Below, in pieces: positions 1 to 10,086 of a stretch of DNA of 64,000 nt (position 1 is its first letter; every line of letters begins with the position of its first letter). The stretch covers positions 1,899 to 65,898 of the forward strand of contig JAUXUR010000026.1 in the NCBI GenBank assembly GCA_030680745.1. The letters are read 5' to 3'. Made by a program: the position numbers and the translations under genes. This DNA is from Alphaproteobacteria bacterium (GTDB taxonomy: Bacteria > Pseudomonadota > Alphaproteobacteria > JAUXUR01). The notes under the pieces are model-generated. The model had not been told where the DNA came from, did not search any database, and worked only from the letters and a program-made list of their open reading frames with translations.

Positions 1-2
1 CT

Positions 3-176
3 ATTAAAAAAGATTCACCTTTGTTTGTACCAAAATGTGAAGATGCAAATTTTCAATATCCGAGATGCATTGATAGTAATGGTAAAGTAATTGATAATCC
101 AAAGTTCATTGAATATGGTAAGAATAATCCTGGAAGAAGGGGTGTTAGCAAAACTCCCCGTGTTTCAGTAGAATAA
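3..176 (+). CDS. 3' end of an unidentified ORF entering from the left window edge (...PRCIDSNGKVIDNPKFIEYGKNNPGRRGVSKTPRVSVE*)
   Basis: The frame is open from position 3 to TAA at 174-176. A strong hairpin follows 9 nt later. No family recognised. Confidence 0.4.
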   Translation: MKKDSPLFVPKCEDANFQYPRCIDSNGKVIDNPKFIEYGKNNPGRRGVSKTPRVSVE

Positions 177-184
177 AATGGTTT

Positions 185-218
185 GTCGCATCTATGATTT
201 TTCACAGATGCGACTTTT
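185..218. terminator. Hairpin between convergent genes (GTCGCATCT-12 nt loop-AGATGCGAC, then TTTT)
   Basis: Perfect 9-bp stem at 185-193/206-214 followed by a T-run. It lies between the stop at 176 (+) and the stop at 230 (-). Confidence 0.55.
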
Positions 219-229
219 GTGATTTGTTA

Positions 230-1258
230 TTAGTCTCGTGCAAAAAGCGCAACGCCAAACCATTGTGATTTTCCGAAAGCTGGAATGACAGGTGTTTTAA
301 CGAGTACGTAAGAATAGCGATGTTGTACAGGCATCATAATGTCTCTATGACCGGGGCTATTATACCAGCCTTCAACAATTTGTTGTGCTGCTTCTTCAGG
401 TGTTGATGCTGTGACGCATGCTAAAATTTCACCTTTATAATTACCTTTAAATCCTTCATAGCGCTCCTCAACACCAATATGGAGTAAAAATTTATCTCCA
501 AGTCTTTCTGATTTTGTGCCTTTGCCTGTTTGATGAAAGTAAAAATTTTCAGCAAGTTCTTTGGCGAAACTAAAGGCTTGAACTTGTATTGCTGGGTCCA
601 TTGTTCCATCAGCGCTTTCAGGGCGCGTGTTTTTAGGGCTGGTGTAAGTTTTTACGGTGTTTGCAAGAATTTCATCAAACTTTGCAGATCCTTCAGCGCA
701 TGATGTGTCTAAAGCAGCTGTTGGGGTTGCTTTTGGAAAGCTTTTTGTAAAAATGCCAACAGCAAACCATTGCGGTTTTCCTGTAGAGGAAATAATATCT
801 GTTGGTACAAATCCAAAGCCAAAACGATTATATCGGGTTAGAAGATGCGGCGTACTTGCCCATTCTCTTATAACAAGTTTTGCAGCTTTTTCGGCATTAT
901 CTGCAGAAACACTTGCAATAAGTTCAAATTTAATGCCACCAGGAATAGAGTTTAATCGGGCTTCAATACCATCTTGGTTGATTTTTTTTGAAGGCGTGCT
1001 GTTATGTAAATCTTGCAGATAGTAATCTTTGGCCAGTTTTTGTGCGAATTTAACAGCTACTTTACTTATTGTTTTACTTACATCACCTGAGACGCAGCGA
1101 CTTTTGTCGCCTTTACGTGTTGTATATTGTCTAGCAGCTTCTTCTAATATTCTGCTGTTTTGGTTTGCCTCTTCGTTGGTTATAATATTATTGGCTGCAT
1201 GAGATGCGTTGAAACCAGACGTTAAAAGCAAAGAAAAAAGAAATATTTTTTTAATCAT
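230..1258 (-). CDS. Secreted protein with two tandem CAP/SCP (YkwD-like) domains
   Basis: Signal peptide MIKKIFLFSLLLTSGFNASHA. Two homologous halves carry CAP-type signatures (IREWASTPHLL...FGFGFV and VEGWYNSPGHRDIMM...YSYVLV). AGGAG sits 7 nt upstream of the ATG. Confidence 0.7.
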   Translation of the reverse strand: MIKKIFLFSLLLTSGFNASHAANNIITNEEANQNSRILEEAARQYTTRKGDKSRCVSGDVSKTISKVAVKFAQKLAKDYYLQDLHNSTPSKKINQDGIEARLNSIPGGIKFELIASVSADNAEKAAKLVIREWASTPHLLTRYNRFGFGFVPTDIISSTGKPQWFAVGIFTKSFPKATPTAALDTSCAEGSAKFDEILANTVKTYTSPKNTRPESADGTMDPAIQVQAFSFAKELAENFYFHQTGKGTKSERLGDKFLLHIGVEERYEGFKGNYKGEILACVTASTPEEAAQQIVEGWYNSPGHRDIMMPVQHRYSYVLVKTPVIPAFGKSQWFGVALFARD

Positions 1259-1376
1259 TGAAAAACTCCTAATAAGAACTAAATTAAATGTTAAGTAAAT
1301 TGTAGTATTGAATAATTTAAAAGTAAAGTAATTTTAATAATTAATGTACTGATTACTTAAAATTAAAAGTATTACT

Positions 1377-1545
1377 ATAGTTTATAGTGTAAATTCTAAT
1401 AAAGATCGCACTACCTACCTCCTCTCTATTCCTACGTCCTGTTGCTTGATCGTGGGGTCCAGAAAGCGTTTAAAAAGGCCTTATTCTTAATTAATAATCA
1501 ATGTGTTTGTACCATGGATTCCGGACAAGTGAGGTAAGATGTTCA
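1377..1545. repeat. Degenerate composite copy of the repeat modules seen at 10320-10643 and 11836-11925
   Basis: GTAAATTCTAATAAAGATCGCACT...TTCCTACGTCCTGTTGCTTGATCGTGGGGTCCAGAAAGCG and GGATTCCGGACAAGTGAGG resemble the TIR-inner part and palindromic units flanking the IS. Confidence 0.5.
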
Positions 1546-1627
1546 AAATTCGTACACTCTCATGGGGAGTTACAAAATTTCTCAGCTTGTGTGTCGAGAA
1601 TTGTTTATAAAATAAATTGGAGAAAAT

Positions 1628-2386
1628 ATGTCTGTTTATAATTTTATTAAAATGTCTTTGAGAATATTCTTAAATTTAAATATGTTTTTTCTATTATTAT
1701 TTTGTATGTTTTTAATACAATCTGGAACTGATTTATATGCAAATCCAGAAGATGATTTGGCTAATGGGCTTATACAAGATGCTAAAGACGATGCAGAAAA
1801 AATCTATCAATTAGGTGTAAAATTTAGAATTAAAGATATTCTGCAAGAATACCCACTTTTAAATAAAATAAGTGAAGAATCATTGCTTCATTATGGATTA
1901 AAGTGTTTTCAATTGCCTGGCATAGATTGTACAGCCAATTCACAATATAATATGGCCTGTATATATTATGAATTGCTTCATATTAATATTGAAAGAAATT
2001 TTGATGTAAATAAAATGAAAGAATTGTTGTTAAAAATTATATGTTATTTCAGAAACGCAACGAAAGAATATGGCGTTGATAATCTAGATCAAGCTATTTC
2101 AAAACTTAAAACTATTTTTTTGGAATGCGAAGAGGAGATATATGCTTCTTTTATACCTAAAAAGGAAGATCGTATCATATTTTTTCTTGAAAATTTAATT
2201 AATGATGAAGTTGCTCATCCTTTTGGTGGTAAGAAGTTATTTTTTGAAGAAATAGTGCGTAAAATTTCTGTGAATGATGATCTATTTCGTGTTTGCGTGA
2301 TTGATTTTTTTGATGAATCTTGGCCAGAAAATAGAGAAAATATTTTTTATGATTTAGCAAAAAGAATTCACGATTTTATTTTATAA
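1628..2386 (+). CDS. Hypothetical exported or membrane-anchored protein
   Basis: 252-aa ORF with a hydrophobic N-terminus (FLNLNMFFLLLFCMFLIQSG), a GGAGA RBS and AT-rich composition. No family recognised. Confidence 0.6.
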   Translation: MSVYNFIKMSLRIFLNLNMFFLLLFCMFLIQSGTDLYANPEDDLANGLIQDAKDDAEKIYQLGVKFRIKDILQEYPLLNKISEESLLHYGLKCFQLPGIDCTANSQYNMACIYYELLHINIERNFDVNKMKELLLKIICYFRNATKEYGVDNLDQAISKLKTIFLECEEEIYASFIPKKEDRIIFFLENLINDEVAHPFGGKKLFFEEIVRKISVNDDLFRVCVIDFFDESWPENRENIFYDLAKRIHDFIL

Positions 2387-2416
2387 TAAGAATTAAGCGA
2401 AATGGTCGTTACATTA

Positions 2417-2435
2417 GCCCCGACATTGCCGGGGC
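2417..2435. terminator. Weak hairpin between convergent genes (GCCCCG-7 nt-CGGGGC)
   Basis: 6-bp GC stem between the stop at 2386 (+) and the rne stop at 2449 (-). No clear T-run. Confidence 0.3.
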
Positions 2436-2448
2436 ATATTGTCTATAA

Positions 2449-5400
2449 TTACTTCTTACTCCACCATCCCTTTTTAGGTGCAGCGGGTTTGTCTACAATC
2501 ATATTCAAATCTTTATTAGATTTAGGTGCAGGTTTTTCACTAGAACTACCAGTTGATGGTACAGTTTCCGATTGATAAACAGGTGATGAAATAATTTCTA
2601 CTTTACCAGCAGGTTTTGGAGGTCTTGAATCATCTCTTTTATTATCTCTTGGTTTTCTGTCTCGTGAATTTCTATCACCAGTTTTTCTATCGCCCGTATT
2701 TCTGTCACCTGTATTTCTATCTCTGGGCGTTCTTTTGGTATCACTTTTTGTATCACGACGTGTATCGGATTTAGCTTCTGTATCGATACGAGGTGTTTCT
2801 TGATTGATCCCTTGATCTTTTTGAGAAGGAATAGGGAAGGTACCCTCATCTTTAATCATAGGTGCAACTTGTTGAGGTGCTGTTCTTTCAGGCTGAATAT
2901 CCGCAACTTTAGTTTCTACAATTTTGTTTTCAACAAATTGATTTTGCGGTGGAATGTTTTCGCCTTTTTGCTCCATAAGATTTTGCTTAGGTTGACGTCT
3001 TGTGTCATTTGCATCTCTGGGTGGTCTCGTTCTATAAGGTGAGCGACGAAGATAGGTGCGTTCTCTAGGTTGACGTGGTTTTGCTTCAGTTGGTTGCCCT
3101 TCATTGGGCGCACTTATTTGTGGTGCTTGAGTTCCAGGTTCAATATTAGGGTTAATGTGTTTTGCAGCACGGGGTGGTGTAAAAACAACTTCATCCGTTA
3201 ATAGTAATTCTGAAGCTTGGGTCGCACCAGACTGACTTCCTGGGCCTGATAAATCAAAAAACTGTTGTTGGCCTGATTGGTTTCTATCATGGCTTCGAGG
3301 CTGACGTTGGTTGCGCGGATGATTTCTTGTTTGTTGACTAGGTTCAGATTCAAATCTAGATTTATTTTCAAGGGGCTGTCCTGAAGGAAGCAAAGCCTGT
3401 TTTTCTGAAATTGGTCCTGATGTTATATCGAAAGGTTGTGCAAAACCATGCATTGGTTGTTCGTCTGGTTGCCCCATTGGTTGCATTGGGTCAAATGGAG
3501 TGCGAGGATTTGCATTTCTGTCCCAGCGTTCATTACGATCGCCACCAAAACGTTTGTCTCTACGCCCTTTACGTGGATGATCAGGCTCTTTTTTGTGTAA
3601 ATGAGCTGGATGTGGTGGATGATGAGGTTGTTCCAATTCTGAATCGAACTCTAGTCTTGGTTGTTCCAATGTGACTGCATCCAATGCTTTGATAGCAGGT
3701 GCTGGTGGTGCAAGACTTTTGATGCGATTAATAGAATATTCGTAAGGCATCAATTCTTCTGTTACAAAGACAATTTTTTGACGATATACTTCTTCAATAC
3801 GCGCTAAAATATTGCGTTTTTCATTGAATATATAAAGTGCAACAGGTGCCGGTAAAATAACTTGCATTTCTTGGTTTGGTGCTTCAATAGCATCAGCTTC
3901 AATGGCACGTAAAATTTTAAGAGCACGCGCTTCAACGGATCGAATGGTGCCAACACCACCACAATGTTCACAATTTTGACTATTCATTTCAAGAACAGAC
4001 GGACGTAACCGTTGACGCGACATTTCCATAAGACCAAATTGACTTATACGACCAATTTGGATGCGCGCACGGTCAAATCGAACAGAATCTTTAAGTTTTT
4101 TCTCAACATTATGTTGATTTGCGTGTTCGCCCATATCGATGAAATCGATGACAATCAAGCCACCAAGATCTCGTAAGCGTAATTGGCGTGCAATTTCTTC
4201 CGCAGCTTCAAGATTTGTACGTAAAGCTGTTTCTTCAATGTTGCGTTCGCGTGTTGAGCGACCCGAATTGACGTCAATAGCAACAAGGGCTTCCGTTTGA
4301 TTAATAACAAGATAACCACCTGAAGGAAGTTGAACAATAGGCGTATCAATGGACGCAATTTGCTCTTCTATATGGTAATGGTGGAATAACGGTATCGTTT
4401 TATCTTTATAAAGCTGAATTTTTTTGGTGTGGGATGGGATCAAAAGACGCATGAAATTTCGAGCGTTTTTATAACCTTCATCACCTTCAACAATGATTTC
4501 ATCGACATCACGTGAATATAAATCGCGTAAAGCACGTCTAATAAGATCGCCTTCTTCAAACACAAGAGAAGGTGCTGTCGAATTAAGCGTTTGGTTGCGA
4601 ATATTTTCCCAAAGACGAATAAGTGCTTCAAAGTCACGTTTAATTTCAGACTTAGAACGGCCAGAACCAGCAGTTCTAACGATAACAGACATACCGTCTT
4701 CAACTTCTAAATCAGAAATAGCTTCTTTAAGTTTTTTGCGGTCTGATGGATCATTGATTTTACGCGAGATACCGCCACCGTCTTTATCAGTATTGGGCAT
4801 AAGAACACAATAACGGCCAGGTAACGAGATATAAGTTGTAAGGGCTGCACCCTTGTTGCCACGTTCTTCTTTTGTCACCTGAATCAGAAGAATTTGTCTT
4901 CTTTTGATAACTTCTTGAATACGATAACGTTTAAAAGCAGGGAGTTCTTTTCTTTCACGAGCTGCTGGCATATCTTCATGGTTCTGAAAAACTTCTTCAG
5001 AAACATTACTATCAAAACTCATTTCTGTGTTTTGAGCGTTCTCATCAGTGGTATTTTCATCATCTGATGCAACCACATTTTCAGAGGATGTGTCTATTGG
5101 TTCCGGTGAAAAAGCATCAATATCAAACTTTGCTTCTAAATCATGAAATGCATTTTCAATCGCTGATGTTGCTTCAACAATTTCAGGTTCTTCAATTTTA
5201 GGTGCGTCAAAGGTTGACGGTAGCACATCAGTTGTATCGTCTGTTAGATCTGTATTATCAACGTGACTTGGCTGCGCAGCCTCATTTGGGGTGACATTAA
5301 TAGGTCTTGGGTCATAAGGAGAACCTAATAGCTGCCCTTCAATTAAGCCCGTGTGTAATTCTTCAGTTGATCTGTCAGAAACTGGAATGCGATAATAATC

Positions 5401-5628
5401 AGGGTGAATTTCACTAAACGCTAAAAAACCCTGACGATTGCCACCATAATCAACAAAAGCGGCTTGGAGCGAAGGTTCAACGCGTGTTACTTTAGCGAGA
5501 TAAATATTACCTTTTAATTGTTTTTTTGAGGCTGTTTCATAATCATATTCTTCTAACTTATCGCCATCAAGTATGACGACTCGTACCTCCTCCTGGTGGG
5601 CTGCATCGATAAATAATTTTTTGGGCAT
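2449..5628 (-). CDS. rne: Ribonuclease E
   Basis: N-terminal S1/catalytic region (MPKKLFIDAAHQEEVRVVILDG...GNIYLAKVTRVEPSLQAAFVDYGGNRQGFL...). It has an acidic insertion and a long Arg/Pro-rich C-terminal scaffold, as in alphaproteobacterial RNase E. Confidence 0.95.
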   Translation of the reverse strand: MPKKLFIDAAHQEEVRVVILDGDKLEEYDYETASKKQLKGNIYLAKVTRVEPSLQAAFVDYGGNRQGFLAFSEIHPDYYRIPVSDRSTEELHTGLIEGQLLGSPYDPRPINVTPNEAAQPSHVDNTDLTDDTTDVLPSTFDAPKIEEPEIVEATSAIENAFHDLEAKFDIDAFSPEPIDTSSENVVASDDENTTDENAQNTEMSFDSNVSEEVFQNHEDMPAARERKELPAFKRYRIQEVIKRRQILLIQVTKEERGNKGAALTTYISLPGRYCVLMPNTDKDGGGISRKINDPSDRKKLKEAISDLEVEDGMSVIVRTAGSGRSKSEIKRDFEALIRLWENIRNQTLNSTAPSLVFEEGDLIRRALRDLYSRDVDEIIVEGDEGYKNARNFMRLLIPSHTKKIQLYKDKTIPLFHHYHIEEQIASIDTPIVQLPSGGYLVINQTEALVAIDVNSGRSTRERNIEETALRTNLEAAEEIARQLRLRDLGGLIVIDFIDMGEHANQHNVEKKLKDSVRFDRARIQIGRISQFGLMEMSRQRLRPSVLEMNSQNCEHCGGVGTIRSVEARALKILRAIEADAIEAPNQEMQVILPAPVALYIFNEKRNILARIEEVYRQKIVFVTEELMPYEYSINRIKSLAPPAPAIKALDAVTLEQPRLEFDSELEQPHHPPHPAHLHKKEPDHPRKGRRDKRFGGDRNERWDRNANPRTPFDPMQPMGQPDEQPMHGFAQPFDITSGPISEKQALLPSGQPLENKSRFESEPSQQTRNHPRNQRQPRSHDRNQSGQQQFFDLSGPGSQSGATQASELLLTDEVVFTPPRAAKHINPNIEPGTQAPQISAPNEGQPTEAKPRQPRERTYLRRSPYRTRPPRDANDTRRQPKQNLMEQKGENIPPQNQFVENKIVETKVADIQPERTAPQQVAPMIKDEGTFPIPSQKDQGINQETPRIDTEAKSDTRRDTKSDTKRTPRDRNTGDRNTGDRKTGDRNSRDRKPRDNKRDDSRPPKPAGKVEIISSPVYQSETVPSTGSSSEKPAPKSNKDLNMIVDKPAAPKKGWWSKK
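2671..2730 (-). repeat. 15-bp x4 in-frame tandem repeat in the rne C-terminal region (TGDRN pentapeptides)
   Basis: Units TCTATCACCAGTTTT / TCTATCGCCCGTATT / TCTGTCACCTGTATT / TCTATCTCTGGGCGT encode ...RDRNTGDRNTGDRKTGDR... Confidence 0.7.
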
Positions 5629-6186
5629 TGGGGGTTAACTCCGTTTTCCTGCCGGGACTAAAATGGGCATCATAATTCAAAAAGCCATTTTTGTGGGGCA
5701 AGGTAAAATAATAATACTGATTTGATGAACTTGTATTGTGTTGTTTTGAAACTAAAGGAAAAAGGTGCGAATTTTTTGAATTGCTATACATAGCTTCGCA
5801 TATCGGAAAGCTAACACTAAGATTTTGAACGCGCATGCAAGCATTCTCTATATTTAAGAGGTTCCTTGCTGTATTTGCTTGCACGATCAATTGCTCCTAG
5901 CTATTTTTACAATTGGTTGGTCACCTTTTACAACGACAGCCTATGACCGCGTTTAGGTCTTTAATTGCACAACATAAAATTAGGTTGCTGGAGTTTTTAT
6001 TCAAACTCTATGTTAAGATAGCCACAGATTAGCATTTCGGCAAGAGGATGAATAGAAATTTTTGTTTTTTTTAAAAAAGTAATTGCTTTTAAGAGCCTAT
6101 TTTTAAGCAAAAGTAGCTTATGTTTTGCGCTTGCCCTTTTTTTTGGGAGCACTCATATTTTATGGGCCATCCCTAAAGCTGTTGAT

Positions 6187-7449
6187 GTGCGGATTGGAGA
6201 AAATGGCGAAACTACAAGATTTTTAATTGAATTAAGTGAAAAAACATTAATTGATACACATGTAGACGCGCAAAACCAATCGGTTAAAATTCGTTTTTTA
6301 AAGCCTATTGATTGGTCAATTCTTTCGACTAAAAAAAGACGCATTTTTGGTCTGGTTAAAAATTATTCTTATGGTGCTGATAAAAACAAAGCGCATCAAT
6401 TTTTGATTCAATCAAACAGTGCAATTGATATTGAAAAAATATTTTGGCTTAAAAACACTGCAAATGATGGCTATAGACTTGTAATAGATTTAAAAAAAAC
6501 AATTCCAAATCCGAAAACGACTATTATTCAAAAAAAAGCACCTAAGCAAATTGATCCTGTTATTGCTAAAGAAACAGCGCCGATACCGAAAGTTGCAATA
6601 CAGGTCAAAAACGATCTTGCGGAGATTGAAGATTTGCTTGCAATTCTTAAACCTCAGCAAGAAAACATTTCAACAATTGCGGTGGATAATCAAACACATC
6701 TTCCGCCTTACGATATCAGGCCAATGCCTAAGCCATTGCTAACAAAAGATAAAAAATCATTTATGCCAGTACAAAAAACGATCCTTATTGATCCGGGTCA
6801 TGGTGGTCAAGACCCAGGTACAATCAGTTGTACGGGTGTTTATGAAAAAAACATTGCATTACAAATGGGTTTTCTTGTTAAAAATATTCTAGAAAAATCG
6901 CCTTATTATAAAGTTTATTTAACGCGCGTTGATGATCGTTATTTAAGATTGCGGGAAAGGTTGGAAATTGCAAAACGCGTAAAAGCAGATTTGGTCATTT
7001 CGCTTCACGCAGATTCGTCGCCAAAACTTGATAATCGGGGAGCTTCTTTGTACCTTTTATCTAATGAGGCATCAGATGCGGAAGCCGAGGCTTTAGCTAA
7101 AAAAGAAAACAAAGAAGACATAATATCGGGCGTTGACCTATCTGAAAATAATCGTGAAATTAATAATATTTTAATCGACCTTGCACAACGAGATTCACTT
7201 AATCTAGCATTTGATTTTGCTCAACATTTAAAAACAGAACTTGTACCTTTTGTGCCGCTTATTCAGAAACCTATAAGATTTGCAGATCTTGCAGTCTTGA
7301 AGGCGCCGGATATACCGTCTATTCTAATAGAGTTAGGTTGTATATCGAACAAAGAAGATGATAGATTATTGAAAACGGCTCAACATCGTCTTAAAATAGC
7401 GCAAGCTATAAGACGTGCTTTGGATCGTTTTTTTGAATTTGGTAAGTAA
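6187..7449 (+). CDS. amiC: N-acetylmuramoyl-L-alanine amidase, AmiC type (AMIN + amidase_3); the true start is probably upstream (see findings)
   Basis: AMIN-like N-terminus (VRIGENGETTRFLIELSE...) and amidase_3 motifs (LIDPGHGGQDPG, SLHADS). The annotated GTG start lacks the signal peptide that is encoded in-frame upstream. Confidence 0.9.
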   Translation: MRIGENGETTRFLIELSEKTLIDTHVDAQNQSVKIRFLKPIDWSILSTKKRRIFGLVKNYSYGADKNKAHQFLIQSNSAIDIEKIFWLKNTANDGYRLVIDLKKTIPNPKTTIIQKKAPKQIDPVIAKETAPIPKVAIQVKNDLAEIEDLLAILKPQQENISTIAVDNQTHLPPYDIRPMPKPLLTKDKKSFMPVQKTILIDPGHGGQDPGTISCTGVYEKNIALQMGFLVKNILEKSPYYKVYLTRVDDRYLRLRERLEIAKRVKADLVISLHADSSPKLDNRGASLYLLSNEASDAEAEALAKKENKEDIISGVDLSENNREINNILIDLAQRDSLNLAFDFAQHLKTELVPFVPLIQKPIRFADLAVLKAPDIPSILIELGCISNKEDDRLLKTAQHRLKIAQAIRRALDRFFEFGK

Positions 7450-7460
7450 AGTAGGTAAAT

Positions 7461-10046
7461 ATGTTTAGATGGCTCGCCATTTCTTTTGGTTTTGTCCTTT
7501 TTTGTTTGGTCGCAGTTTTTGTTGGTTTTTTAGGTGTTCTCCATTATTTTGGTCGTGATCTTCCAGATTACAAACAATTAGCCGATTACGAATTACCAGT
7601 TACAACGCGTGTTTATGCAAGTGATGGTGCTTTGGTTAAAGAATATTCAATTGAAAATCGTATTTATACGCCTATTACACTTATACCTGACCAAATTATT
7701 AATTCTTTTATTGCATCAGAAGATAAAAATTTTTATAACCACCCAGGCATAGATCCTCAAGGGATGTTACGTGCCCTCGTGAATAATATTGTTAATAGAG
7801 GCAAAAAAAGACCTGAAGGTGCGTCGACGATTACGCAACAGGTAGCAAAAAACTTTTTCCTATCCAATGAAGCGACTGTTAAACGTAAAATTAAAGAAGC
7901 TATTCTTTCCTTTCGTATTGAACGCGCTTTATCAAAAGATCGTATTTTAGAGCTTTATCTTAATAAAATTTATTTTGGATATGGAGCTTTTGGTATTACA
8001 TCAGCAGCTTTGAATTATTTTGATAAAACGCTTGAAGAATTAACGCTTGCTGAAATAGCTTATCTTGCAGCCTTACCTAAAGCCCCTGCGAATTACCATC
8101 CTGTGAATCATTATGATGCAGCCATCGCTAGACGTAACTACGTTTTGAATCGTATGTATGAAAGTAGATCTATTTCCAAAGAAGATATGCAAAAATCACA
8201 AGCCGAGCCCATTACAATTGTTGATAAAAGAACGCTTAACAATAGATCGGCAGAATATTACGCTGAAGAAGTAAGACGTGTCCTTATGGAGCGTCATGGC
8301 ATGCAAGGGCTTTACGGTGGTGGCTATTGTGTGCGCACGCCTTTAGACCTTGAAATTCAAGGTTATGCCGATGAGGCAATGCGTTTTGGACTAACAGAAT
8401 ATGATAAACGACATGGATGGCGCGGCCCCATCACACGCGTTACAAAAACTGATAATTGGCAAAATGAACTTAAACATATTGAAACGCCTGAAGGTATGGG
8501 TAATTGGCGTATTGCTGTTATTTTAGGCAATAAAGGCAATGATACTGAAATTGGTTTTGCAGACGGCACCACAGGACATATCCCACCTTCCTTAAGATGG
8601 GGCACAATTAAAACAGGTGATGTTATTCCTGTTGAGCTTCAAAAAATAGGTGAAAAAGGCCTTGAATTACCGCCTGCAACGTATGCTGTACGTCAAATTC
8701 CACTTATCAATGGCGGTTTTGTAGCGCTTGATGCCCATACAGGACGTGTTTATGCAGTCGCTGGTGGATTTAGTTATGATTCCAGTGAATTTAACCGCGC
8801 AACCCAAGCCATGCGTCAAACCGGATCTGCCTTTAAGCCCTTTATTTATTTAACGGCTCTTGAAAATGGATTAACGCCCAATTCACTTATTTTGGATGCG
8901 CCAGTGACAATTCATTTAGGTCAGGGCTTGCCTCCTTATTCGCCTAAAAATTATGGTGCTTATAAAGGAACTGTAACGTTACGCAAAGCACTTGAAGGGT
9001 CTTTAAATTCGGCAGCCGTTCGGCTTGCAGCAAAAGTGGGTATTGAAAAAGTTGCTGAAATGGGTGAACGTTTGGGGATTGCAGATCATATGCCTAGACG
9101 TTTTTCCATTACTTTAGGTGCTCAAGAAACAACGCCTTTACGTATGGCAGCGGCTTATGCAGCTGTTGTGAATGGTGGTAAAAAAGTAACACCTACTTTT
9201 ATTGATTCAATCCAAGATCGTCATGGACGAATGGTTTATCGACATGACAATAGAAATTGCCCTGGTTGTGTCACCGACAAATGGAATAATCAAGAAGTGC
9301 CTGTTTTGCAGGATGAGAGAGAACAAATTTTAAATCCATTAACAGCCTATCAACTTGTCAGCATCATGGAAGGTGTTGTAAAGCGTGGAACTGCCGTGCG
9401 TCTTAAAGATTTTCCAAACCCACTTGCGGCTAAAACAGGGACATCAACAGGATTTCATGATGCATGGTTTTCATGTTATACACCTGACATTGTAACGGTC
9501 ACCTATGTAGGTGATGATGCGCATAAGCCAATTGGAAATGGTGAGACTGGATCTAAAACAGCCCTCCCCATTACAAAATACTTCCTTGAGCGCGCTCTTA
9601 AAGGTGTACCGCCTGTTCCTTTCCGAATTCCTGCGGGCATTAGAATGGTTGCGATTGATCCTACAACGGGGCAGCCAACAAATGCTGGTAATGATAATGC
9701 TATTTACGAACCTTATTTGCCAGGGACCGAGCCTACATTAGGATCTGAGCAAGAAAAATATGTGCCCCCTTCGGTGGAAGAAGAGCAATATGTTATTAAT
9801 GAGCGTGGAGACGCTGTTCCACATAATCCAAATGCGTCGCCTGCTGACACGTTGTCTAGTAGTTCATCAATGCCTGGAAGTTTGAGTCCAAATTCAGGTG
9901 TAAGTGTAACGGGTAGCAATTTACAAATTAATCAAGGGGCTTTATCAACAAGCACACAACAACCTAAGTCACCCTCTTCTTATGATGAGCAAGCCTATGA
10001 TGGTGATTTAGAGGGTGATTCAGGTCCTACGGAAGGGTTATATTAG
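7461..10046 (+). CDS. mrcA: Penicillin-binding protein 1A (bifunctional glycosyltransferase/transpeptidase)
   Basis: GT51 motifs EDKNFYNHPGID and GASTITQQVAKN. Transpeptidase motifs SAFK, SLN and KTGTS. N-terminal TM anchor and a low-complexity Ser/Pro-rich C-terminal tail. Confidence 0.95.
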   Translation: MFRWLAISFGFVLFCLVAVFVGFLGVLHYFGRDLPDYKQLADYELPVTTRVYASDGALVKEYSIENRIYTPITLIPDQIINSFIASEDKNFYNHPGIDPQGMLRALVNNIVNRGKKRPEGASTITQQVAKNFFLSNEATVKRKIKEAILSFRIERALSKDRILELYLNKIYFGYGAFGITSAALNYFDKTLEELTLAEIAYLAALPKAPANYHPVNHYDAAIARRNYVLNRMYESRSISKEDMQKSQAEPITIVDKRTLNNRSAEYYAEEVRRVLMERHGMQGLYGGGYCVRTPLDLEIQGYADEAMRFGLTEYDKRHGWRGPITRVTKTDNWQNELKHIETPEGMGNWRIAVILGNKGNDTEIGFADGTTGHIPPSLRWGTIKTGDVIPVELQKIGEKGLELPPATYAVRQIPLINGGFVALDAHTGRVYAVAGGFSYDSSEFNRATQAMRQTGSAFKPFIYLTALENGLTPNSLILDAPVTIHLGQGLPPYSPKNYGAYKGTVTLRKALEGSLNSAAVRLAAKVGIEKVAEMGERLGIADHMPRRFSITLGAQETTPLRMAAAYAAVVNGGKKVTPTFIDSIQDRHGRMVYRHDNRNCPGCVTDKWNNQEVPVLQDEREQILNPLTAYQLVSIMEGVVKRGTAVRLKDFPNPLAAKTGTSTGFHDAWFSCYTPDIVTVTYVGDDAHKPIGNGETGSKTALPITKYFLERALKGVPPVPFRIPAGIRMVAIDPTTGQPTNAGNDNAIYEPYLPGTEPTLGSEQEKYVPPSVEEEQYVINERGDAVPHNPNASPADTLSSSSSMPGSLSPNSGVSVTGSNLQINQGALSTSTQQPKSPSSYDEQAYDGDLEGDSGPTEGLY

Positions 10047-10086
10047 GGCTATAGTGGATCAATCTACGAGGTATATTTTTATTTTT

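Noticed and set aside
657-1022. 121-aa plus-strand ORF inside the CAP-domain gene
   Set aside because: It is antisense to a well-supported gene. The same applies to antisense ORFs at 45375-45725 (nuoB), 49049-49820 (nuoF), 46339-46895 (nuoC/D), 35697-35942 (lpxD) and similar ones.
5567-5890. 107-aa ORF upstream of and overlapping the rne start
   Set aside because: It overlaps the rne N-terminus in another frame, has no RBS and a low-complexity product. The region is more plausibly the long rne 5' UTR and promoter.
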